DNA of 64,000 bases. Source: Neocallimastix sp. 'constans'. Its lineage: Eukaryota. Below, piece by piece: positions 28,841 through 39,199 of this stretch. Numbering within the stretch: position 1 is the first letter of the stretch; each line of letters begins with the position of its first letter. The notes under the pieces were generated by a model. That model ran no database searches. It was not told where the DNA came from and worked only from the letters and a program-made list of their open reading frames with translations. Where the stretch lies: assembly GCA_050613775.1 (NCBI GenBank), contig JBODTK010000124.1:434001-498000 (forward strand), in the 5' to 3' direction. The position numbers and the translations under genes are program-made.

Positions 28841-29090
28841 GTAGTGCATTTGCAATGTGGCTTATAATTATTTATGTTAAAGCCATACATTTTTAAGATA
28901 TCTATATAATCATAAATAAATATAATTATTATTTCAGAAGAAATAATTATATATTCAATTAATAGAATTATAAAATTTTATTTGTTTTTAAAATACTATT
29001 TTTACAATTGAATATTAATAATTTTTTATTTATTTAATTATTATATATTTAATTATTAAAAATTACAAGCCACATACAAAAATACACCAC
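28841..29090. mobile_element. Short inverted-repeat (MITE-like) element, copy A
   Basis: Left GTAGTGCATTTGCAATGTGGCTTATAATT versus reverse complement of the right end GTGGTGTATTTTTGTATGTGGCTTGTAATT; related to the element at 44.7-45.6 kb. No TSD identified. Confidence 0.45.
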
Positions 29091-29638
29091 TTTGTGAAAT
29101 GAACTAAAATATACAATATAAATATTAAAAGTATAGAAAAAAAATTACAAAGGAATATATATTTTTTAACACTAATGAAAACAATATATAGCAAAAAATA
29201 AATAAATAATAATAATAAAAAACATTAGATTGAATATCTTTTTAACATTTTTTTATTATCGTTCGGTTTAATACTTTTTAATAAAGTATGATTGTAATAT
29301 ATAAAAATTAATTTTTTAAGATTTATCAGAAAACTATTTTTGATAAAAAATTAATTTTCTTATATGGTTGACTTTGATGTCTCAATATATTTTTTAGGTT
29401 TAACTGTCTTAAATATATATTGAGTGTGATATATATAACAAATATTTAGTTGGTATATTTTAATTAGAATATTACTAATGAAAAGCTAAAAAAAAAAATA
29501 AAAAACAAAAAAAAATAAAAAATAAAAAAAATAAAAAACAAAAAAAAAAAATAAAAAAATAAAAAAAATAAAAAAAAAAAAAAATAAAAAAATAAAAAAA
29601 AAAAAATAATAATAAAAAATAATAATAATAATAATAAA

Positions 29639-29766
<128 letters not shown>

Positions 29767-29962
29767 TGTTAAAAGTTATGAATTTATGGTTTATAATTAT
29801 GTCAATTTTATTAATATAATTTATGATAAAGAGTTACTGGCAATTAATTATTCTAAATTAAATGCTTTTATATTAATGCATTGTGGCTTATACATTATTT
29901 ATATTACAATATGTTTCAATACATTTGAAGCTTATATTTCATACATTTCACATATTCTAACA
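29767..29962 (-). repeat. 3' LTR of the non-autonomous element
   Basis: Direct repeat of 31697-31892, adjacent to the PPT. Confidence 0.92.
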
Positions 29963-31192
29963 TTCCCCCTTAAACCTAGTTATTCTATAATGAATAAATT
30001 GGTTTACTGGTGAATATGTGTATATAAAATTATCCTATTTTACACTATTAACTTGATATTATTAAACTGTTATATATATTTCTATCCTAAATTAACCTCT
30101 AATTTTACATGAATAAAATATTTTTTATGTTATATTAATTATTTAATTTAATTTAAATATTGCTAAAATAATTTCTTAAATATATTTATAATCTAATAAT
30201 TTCCCCCTAAAACTAAATATTTAATATTTTTACACCATTAATAAATATTAGATGAATCTATGTCATCTTTAATATAAAATAATTATATGGCTTAAATATA
30301 CCATTTATATATGATGGAAACCTTTCTCTTGAAGGGTGATATTATACCATCTCAATTTATGTGAATACCTCTTATATATTGGGTTTTATATCACTAATAA
30401 TTATAATCCGCTTTATAGATTAACATTAACTGTATATATTTTCGCTTTGTAGTTTTAGCGATAACTATTAAAATAAATTGTTAATTATATATTGGTGTAT
30501 TTGATAAATCATAATCTTAGGGTATTAAAATTGATTGTATTTATAATTAATTATATTATTCTAGTTATTTAAACTATATAAATTGTTTCATAATTGATTA
30601 ATATTCACTATTTCAGTTAATTCTTTCTTAAAGGTTAATTTTCGTTAATTTTCGTTATTAGGCTATTTTATTCACTTCAAGATAAATATTATTTTCAAAT
30701 AATTAGCTCAAAGAATCAGTTAAGTGACTTTTCTTTAATATTTTTATTTTCTTTTATATTTTTATAATTTGTATTTTATTTTGCCTACTTTCCCCTAAAA
30801 TCCAAATTTCTAAAAAGGATTTAATATATTTGAATTTTCTCATTATTAAAATATTAATTATAAAATTTTAATGATTTTAAATACTCTGTAATAAATAAGT
30901 ATAGTTTATAGATGGATAAACATCATCCATTTTTATATAACTCATGGTTATATTTAATATTTTATTATACCTTTCATCACGAAGGTTTGTATTATGATTA
31001 TATTAAATAATTTTTTTTTTATTTAAACCTATTTCACGCTAGGTTTAATAATATTATTATTGTTAGAATGTACCCTAGGAATTATCATTCTATTATATTT
31101 CCCTTGAATATTTGGGATATTATATATTAATTATTTTATATGAGGTCTCTGACATATAGACTCCTCCATTATTGTAGTTTATATTTATATAT

Positions 31193-31502
31193 ACGCGTTT
31201 GATATTTATAAATACGCGTTAAAATAACTATACTTTAAATAATATGTTTTGTATATTCATGGGGCGGAAATAGTCCATCACATAGTAGATTCCTTCATGT
31301 ATAGATATTATATTATAGCCAAAAGCTTATTTGTTAAGATATCAAATTATAATTTCAATTAAGAGTCTCTAGTATGAAGATATATAATTTTCTTTTATAT
31401 ACGTTTATACGTGTTTTTTCTTTTTAAATAAATATTTTTATATATTTTTTTTTACTTATCCTGAAATAACTTCTTTTATCAACAGTTTTATATTTTACGC
31501 GT
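31193..31502. promoter_or_regulatory. Cluster of three TACGCGTT (MluI/MCB-like) sites
   Basis: ACGCGT at 31193-31198, 31214-31219 and 31497-31502, plus TACGTGTT near 31408. Function is inferred only. Confidence 0.35.
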
Positions 31503-31681
31503 TTCTTCAATTTTTCTGTATTGATCATTTTGATCAGTTATCAGTTTTATTAGTCATCTTAAAAATTGACATAATGAGCAACCTTTATCATAATTTAAAA
31601 TACAATTATTCTTTTTTTTTTTTTGACATAATATTGTTTCCGGCAAAAGATTCTTTTGCTATGTATCTTTTTAAGAGTCAG

Positions 31682-31696
31682 ATGAGACTCTTAATC
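31682..31696 (-). other. Primer-binding site complementary to the tRNA-Lys(CUU) anticodon arm
   Basis: Minus strand GATTAAGAGTCTCAT immediately after the 5' LTR. Confidence 0.85.
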
Positions 31697-31892
31697 TGTT
31701 AAAAGTTATGAATTTATGGTTTATAATTATGTCAATTTTATTAATATATTTTATGATAAAGAGTTACTGGCACTTAATTATTCTAAATTAAATGCTTTTA
31801 TATTAATACATTGTGGCTTATACATTATTTAAATTACAATATGTTTCAATACATTTGAAGCTTATATTTCATACATTTCACATATTCTAACA
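31697..31892 (-). repeat. 5' LTR of the non-autonomous element
   Basis: Direct repeat of 29767-29962, adjacent to the PBS. Confidence 0.92.
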
Positions 31893-31933
<41 letters not shown>

Positions 31934-31938
<5 letters not shown>

Positions 31939-32253
31939 GCTTTATTAAATTTAGATCTATAATAATATTCCTTATGGAATATGGTATACAAGGGAAATAA
32001 GTGTATGATCTATCTTTCAGCTTTAAATAAGTAATAAAGTCACATGTTACAACATGCGTTTTCCATAACATAAAATAAATTAAAAATTAATTAAATAAAT
32101 ATTAAAAGATAATTAACATAGATTTATACAAGACGACAGATCATAATACATTTAAGTAATCATTAAATATAAATAAATAAATACACATAAATATAAATAA
32201 ATACTATAAATAAATAAATTAAATATATAGTTAAATTATGAGTGCAGTCAACA
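31934..32253 (-). repeat. 3' LTR of Copia-1
   Basis: Direct repeat of 37974-38293; ends ...GCTAATA on the element strand. Confidence 0.95.
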
Positions 32254-32273
32254 CTCCCCCTCAAATAATATTT

Positions 32274-35200
32274 TTAGATAAAAATGTTGTTTGTAAATTT
32301 TTGTATCTTTGGTCCATTTGAGTCCTTGGTTAATATGTCCGCTAGCATGTTTTCAGTATCAATATATTCTAATTTTACTTTCTTCTTTGTAATATTGTCC
32401 CTGTTGAAATGATATCTTACACTTATATGCTTTAATTTTGTATTTATTTCTCCGTTCTCCATTATTTTCTTACTTGCTTGATTATCTGTATAGATTTTAA
32501 CAGTTATCCATTTGTTTAAAATTTCTTTTATTATATTTCTAATCCATAATATTTTCTTTATATTTTCGGAAGTGCTTACGTACTCTGCTTCAGCAGTAGA
32601 CGTAGCAACACTTGTTTGTTTCTTGGACAACCAGCATATCGGACTTGTTCCCATAAGTATTATTCCTCCTGAGGTAGATTTTCTATCTTCCAAACAGCCG
32701 GCAAAGTCAGAGTCGGTATATGCAACAAGCTCCCCCTTTCCATTATATTCTATCTTAAATTCTTTAGTACTGTTAATATATTTTAGAATATTTATTATTT
32801 TGTTCCAATCCGATATAGTTGGATTTTCACATTTTCTTGAAGCTTTATTTACAGCGAAAGCTATGTCAGGTCTAGTACATTTCGAAAGGTATATTAAGGA
32901 ACCTATTGCGCTTTTGTAGATTGTTTTATCGAAAGGTTTATTGTTTTCTGATATTTTATTATCACCAGTACATGGTGTTTTTCTTTTCTTTGTATTATCA
33001 ATATTAAATTTATATAACATATTATTTATAAAATTTTTCTGTGAAATAATATATAAATTATTTTCTTTCTTTACTTCAATTCCTAATATGTATTCAATTG
33101 GATCACATTTAGATATTTTAAATTTTTATTTTATTTTATTTATTATTTGTTTAATGTATTCGTTTTCTCCAGCGATGACCATGTCGTCCACGTATAAGCC
33201 GATAATGCATTTTGTTATATTATTTTTTGTAAATTTGAAAATACATTGTTCGGATTTAATTTGAATGAACTTATTTTTTATTAGGAATTTTCTAATGGTA
33301 TTATACCATTGTCTACCAGATTGCTTAAGGCCATACAAAGCTTTGTTGAGCTTCCAATATCCCCGCCCAAAGCGCGTATCGCCTTTAGGAATAGTAGTAT
33401 AAATATCTTTATCAAGCGGAGCATTAAGGTAAGCGGCCTTTATATCTAGCTGGAAAATATTCCACTTAAGAGCAGCAGAAATAGCGAATATTAATTTAAC
33501 ACCATCAATGTTTAGAGTAGGAGAATAAGTTAATTCATAATCGATTCCCCATTTTTGTTTAAATCCACGAGCAACTAAACGAGCTTTATATTTATAAATA
33601 TTATTATTTGAATCACGTTTAGTGTTGAAAACCCATTTTGTGGTAATGATGTTTTTGTTTTTAGGTACATTTTTAACAAAAGTCATAATATTATTAGAAT
33701 AAAGGTTATTAAGTTCATCATTAATAGCCTCAATCCAGTTATTTTTGTCTTCACTGTTTATTGCTTCTTCATATGTATTAGGAATGTGACAAAATATAGA
33801 AGCAATAATAATGTCGTTGATTTGGTCTAGTTTTCTACGAGAACTAATATTAGTAGGTGCAGTCTCTTTATATTTTGGACTAAGTGGTCTTTTATGGATA
33901 TTGCCATATTCTGTATTAGCTACAATGTCATCCATAATTTCATCTTTATTAAAATCAATAACATTTGATGCATCTATAAGAGATTTCTGGGCATAATTTT
34001 CTTTGTTTACTATATTATTGTTGTTAAATTTATTATTTATTTCGTTATTGTTAGTAAGTGAAATTTCGTCTGTTTTTTGAGAAATTTGGTTGGTTGAAGA
34101 ATCGGTTATTAAAGGTAAATTCTGATTAATATTATATGGAAGAGTTATATTTTTAAGATTTTCCATTACCGTATTTTTATTATCTGAAGGAATATTTTTG
34201 ATATCTATTGTAGGAGTGGAGAAATTATAATTTTTCTTCATAGAGTCGCTGAATTTTGAATTTTGTTGAATTAATTCATTATTTTTCGATAAAAAATTTT
34301 TATTAATAAAATTTTGATCATTTTTTGGTAAATTTTTGATATTCATTGATTTATTTGAATTATTAATAGATTTATGTGAATCATTATTGTTGTCATATGT
34401 TATATGTGATTCATTAGTGTTATTTGAAATTATTGAATTATTTGAAAAATTTTTGATATGATATGAATGTGATTTTGCTTCAGCCAATAAATTTTCTTGA
34501 AAATTTTCTTCATTTTTTGAAAAATTTTTATTATTAAAATATTTTTTCATATTATTATTATTTATTGTAAAATTCTGTAAATTTTGGATTGATTTTTCAT
34601 TATTTAAAAATATTTTATTTTTATCAAAATTTTCAAATTCGGTTATTTTTTCTTTTCCTTTGTTCCTGCTGGAAGTTGAGGCGGCGTAAGCAGGATCTTC
34701 TGGTTTATATTTTTCAATAATACTAGAATTAAAATTGGTATTCTTAGTATTATTTCTAAACTTTTTATTATAATTTTTATTTAGTATTTCTAATTTTCTA
34801 TTTATTTCATTCAAATAATTATTTTCAGAATTATTTTTGTCAACATTGTTGAAATTGAATTTCAATTTAAATTCACAATTATTTTTATTTTTAATTTCAG
34901 GATTAATTTTAGAATTAATTTCAACATCTTTATTTAAATTATGGTTATTTTTCTGGTTTATATCTTTATTATCAAATTCTTGATTTTCTTCATTTAACGA
35001 TATATTATTGACATGCTTATTTTTAATGTAATTACTTTTATGTTCTGTATTAGTAGTCCTTTCATTATTAATATTTTCATTTAAAATGTTTTCTTCATTT
35101 AAGATGTTTCTTCCATTAAAATTATTTTCATTGTTCATATTATTATCTTCATTTATATTATTATCTTCATTTATAATATTATCTTCTGGATTCATATCTT

Positions 35201-37898
35201 TTCTATTGTTGTCTTTCATAAATGAGAAGTAAGAGTCTTTATAATTGCTTGTTTCGTATTTGTGTTTACTAGGCTCTTCTTCAACGAATTCTACATCGTT
35301 AGTATAATGTATTTTATTATTTTCAATATCCATGATAATATATGAATATTTTTTATCATCAAATCCCAAGAATACGCCCTTCTTAGCATTTGGTAAAAAT
35401 TTTGATTTGTGTTGTGTATCATCCCTGTAATAACACACACAACCAAAGGTTTTTAAATGTTTTAACTCTACCTTTTTGTTGTAAAATACTTCATTGGATA
35501 TTAAAAATTTATTTCCTGAATGGGGAATTAAGTTATATATGTAGCATGCCTGTTTTATGGCGAAATTCCAAAAGTTTTCTGATAATTCTGCCCAATATAG
35601 AAGAGTTTTAGCTGAATTTCTAAGAGTTCTGTTTATTCTTTCAGTTTTTCCATTAACTTCAGGACAACCTGGTGGAGAATAGGTTTTTTCTATTCCATTT
35701 TCTTTACAGTATTTATTAACTGTTTTATTTTTAAATTCCTTTCCTCCATCTGATTTAAATATTTTAATATTATATTCTTCAAATTGGTTATTTAAGTACT
35801 TGAAGAATTCCACAATTAATTCGGGGGCTTCGGCTTTAGATTTTAAAGTATATATCCATATTTTTCTTGAGAATTCATCCATGAATGTAATAAAGTATTT
35901 TTTATTATTGATAGATGAATTGTATGGACCTGAAATGTCTGAATGTATTATTTCTAATATTTTCGTAGCTTTTGGTGTTTTTCCTCCGTGTGATTTCCTT
36001 GACATTTTAGCTACTTTACATTCTATGCATTTAGGAATTTTTATTTGGTGTAAACTTAGATATTTGTTTATGTTTTTTAGGTAATAATGGCCTAGTCTTC
36101 TATGCCAAATTTCAAGGCTTTTTTCATCAACTTCGTTTAAAGCCATAATATTTTTATCCTTTTCTTCAAAGTTTTTATTAATCTTGTAAGTATTTACTAA
36201 GAATTGATTATCATTTGTAGAATAATAAGTTCCTATATATACATTATTTGGACCCCATAAGTTAAATCTACCATGTGTATAATCATCAGTGTCAATAATG
36301 ACTCTATATCCAATTTTGGCCAGTTCTATTCCACTAATAAGATTTTTAGTTGCAGATTTTGAATATAATACCTTGTCTAGTCGTACATATATTCCATTAA
36401 TGTAACATTCGTAAGTACCATATCCTTCGAAGCTACACATTGTCCCATTGGCACATCTTAACTTTATTTTGCAGTGAATAAAATTATTTAGCAAATTAAA
36501 ATCATTAGTTATATGTTCTCCAGCACCAGTATCATATAACCATTCACTAGTCTTATCATTTTCTTCATAATAATTGATGTTGTTTACATATAATTCCTCT
36601 TTTTTATTAGGAATTGTTATTTCCTTTGGAATAATAGAACTATCATTCACGTATTCAATTAATCCAGAAAATTTAACCTTATTGTTAATGTTTATTTCTT
36701 CTTGTTTTTCTATCAGTGCCCTTGCGTCTTCAAAATCAAAATTATCGTCATAACTACTGGCACTGTCTGGATCAGAAATTTTACTTATCAAATGTAAAGA
36801 CTTCTTTGGATAATCATTTAATGTGGTCTTTACTTGAAGCTTTTCTTGCCTCCCTTTATTATGATTTGACTTCGTCTTCATATTATATATGCAGTTTCTG
36901 GTAGAGTGTCCTTTAACTTCACAAATGTGGCAATATGATTTATTATTATTGTCTTTTTTACTATTATCTTTATTATTATTGTTATATTGGTTACCATTTT
37001 GCTTTCCTCTTTTCTTAGAGTTAGAGCTTTTGTTATTATGATTGTTGTGTTCATTTTTCTTTGAGGAATTACTAGTTCTTCTTCCTCTACTGATAAAATC
37101 TAGATCCATTGGATCATCTTTTTCAATGGTTTTGTTATCTTCCCAATTTTCTAGGTAAGATTTTGCATAAATAAAACTTTTGAGATTATTAACACATACA
37201 TTAGGGTCACTATTCAAATTAATTTGAATGATATTTTTATAATCATCCGGTAGTACGTTATAGAGATATTTTAATTTTTCCTTATCAGTGATCTCCACAT
37301 GTTGTTCTTCCATATCATCGAAAGTTTCTTTCATAAGTTCTAGCTTTTCGATGATTTGATTTCTATCTCTGGCTTTAATACTTCTTAACCTTTTAAGCCA
37401 GTATTCCATATCAGCATTTGAATTTCCATATTTTGATTTGAGTCTTTCCATTATACGGAAACCATTATTAAGTCTGCTGATTTCTCTTAAAACAGAATCA
37501 TCGACATTCTTACTGATCATGAGTATCATGTCAGCATCGATCCTTTCTGCTTCCTCAACTAATCTGATATGATTAAGAGGATTACCAAAAAAGTTAGTTA
37601 GCTGAGTATTGATATCAACATTATTGTTTCGATTAACCTCAGCATTATTGTTTCGAATAGGTGCGGCAGGAGCTTGCGGTAACATTTTGGTAATTAATTT
37701 AGTAATTACCTTGTTGATAACATCGTTGACATTGGGGTTGTAATTAAAACCTACATCATTAAGTTTTCCAACGACATCGACTTCCATGAATTCCTTAATG
37801 TCTTGACGTTTAGCGGCATTGTCAATAAGGAATTTCCACTCATTAAAGTTGGATTTTCCATGGAGGCGTTGGTCCTTAGCTAAGTTAAAGTCTTGCAT
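32274..37898 (-). pseudogene. Copia-1 Gag-Pol polyprotein with one in-frame stop in RT
   Basis: Zn knuckle CHICEVKGHSTRNC, protease WLYDTGAGEH, integrase WHRRLGH/IHSDISGP/SDGGKEF/ERINRTL, RT KARLVARGF/LDIKAAYL/KALYGLKQSGRQW/YVDD, RNase H YTDSDFAG/ADILTK. ORFs 33126-37898 and 32274-33020 are in the same frame, separated by TAA at 33126-33128 (IINKIK*KFKISKC). Confidence 0.93.
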
Positions 37899-37959
37899 GA
37901 TTTCGAAGCGGTGAAGCGTATTAATTAAGTACTTTTAATAATAAATGATATGAGTCAAC

Positions 37960-37973
37960 TGAGACTCTTAATC
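37960..37973 (-). other. Primer-binding site complementary to the tRNA-Lys(CUU) anticodon arm (Copia-1)
   Basis: Minus strand GATTAAGAGTCTCA directly after the 5' LTR end ...GCTAACA. Confidence 0.88.
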
Positions 37974-38293
37974 TGTTAGCTTTATTAAATTTAGATCTAT
38001 AATAATATTCCTTATGGAATATGGTATACAAGGGAAATAAGTGTATGATCTATCTTTCAGCTTTAAATAAGTAATAAAGTCACATGTTACAACATGCGTT
38101 TTCCATAACATAAAATAAATTAAAAATTAATTAAATAAATATTAAAAGATAATTAACATAGATTTATACAAGACGACAGATCATAATACATTTAAGTAAT
38201 CATTAAATATAAATAAATAAATACACATAAATATAAATAAATACTATAAATAAATAAATTAAATATATAGTTAAATTATGAGTGCAGTCAACA
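37974..38293 (-). repeat. 5' LTR of Copia-1
   Basis: TG...CA termini; direct repeat of 31934-32253. Confidence 0.95.
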
Positions 38294-38347
<54 letters not shown>

Positions 38348-38944
38348 TTTTAATTGGTATTGATATTATAATTAAAATTTTAATTTTAATTTATTTTATA
38401 ATTAAATATTTAATTACTAATTAATATATTATATTTAAAAAAAATTAATGGAAATAAATTAAAAAAAAAAAATTTCATTAAATATCAATATAATTTTTAT
38501 GTACAGATATACCTATACATAAAAAAAAACATATATATATATAATAATAAAAAGTAAAACTAATAAATATATATATTTTAACTTAATGTGTTAAGTGTTT
38601 TGCTTCATAAAAGGAGAAAGAAAAAAAAAAGAAAAAAAGAAAAAAGGGGAAAGGATGAAATCCTTATTTAAAAAAAAAAAAAATTATATTATATTGTTGA
38701 TATATTAATATTTAAAAAGAAAAATATTTTTTATAATAGCAAATAATTATGGAGAATTATAAATTTTATTATTTTATCTAATTAATATATTATTCAATTA
38801 TTTATTTAATTATTTATTATTTATTATTTATTTTTTATTATTTATTATTTATTATTTATTATTTATTATTTTTATTTATTATTTATTATTTAATTATTTA
38901 ATTATTTATTATTTAATTATTTATTATTTAATTATTTATTATTT

Positions 38945-39178
38945 TATTAAAATTTGTTTTATTAATTAATATAAATTTATTATTTATAGAATATAAATAA
39001 ATGGTTAACAAAGATTTAAAGTACAGAGAAAATTACATGTATTTATATTTAATTGTGGCTTGTTCTAGATACATATTAATTTATATTTAATTTATGATTA
39101 CAATGTATTTAATATAATTTAATTTAATATTTTATTAAACCTAAGCTAGAATATAACTTTATATTAATAAAGTTAACA
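38945..39178 (-). repeat. 3' LTR of Copia-2
   Basis: Direct repeat of 44262-44495. Confidence 0.95.
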
Positions 39179-39199
39179 CTCCCCCTCAAATTAAATTTT

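Larger units (their letters stand above)
29767..31892 (-). mobile_element. Non-autonomous LTR retroelement (TRIM/LARD-like), 2126 bp, non-coding
   Basis: 196-bp direct repeats 29767-29962 and 31697-31892 with TG...CA ends and 4 mismatches; PBS at 31682-31696; PPT AAGGGGGAA (29971-29963); 1.7-kb interior lacks any gag/pol-like ORF; flanks GTTAT/ATTAT (imperfect 5-bp TSD). Confidence 0.9.
31934..38293 (-). mobile_element. Full-length Ty1/copia retrotransposon (Copia-1), 6360 bp
   Basis: 320-bp LTRs 31934-32253 and 37974-38293 (by eye one difference, at the penultimate terminal base); TSD ATTAT; PBS 37960-37973; PPT GAGGGGGAG 32262-32254; gag-PR-IN-RT-RH order. Confidence 0.97.

Noticed and set aside
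29786..30013. 75-aa ORF (and the 69-aa ORF at 31862-32071)
   Set aside because: They lie in LTRs and microsatellite sequence and have no protein features.
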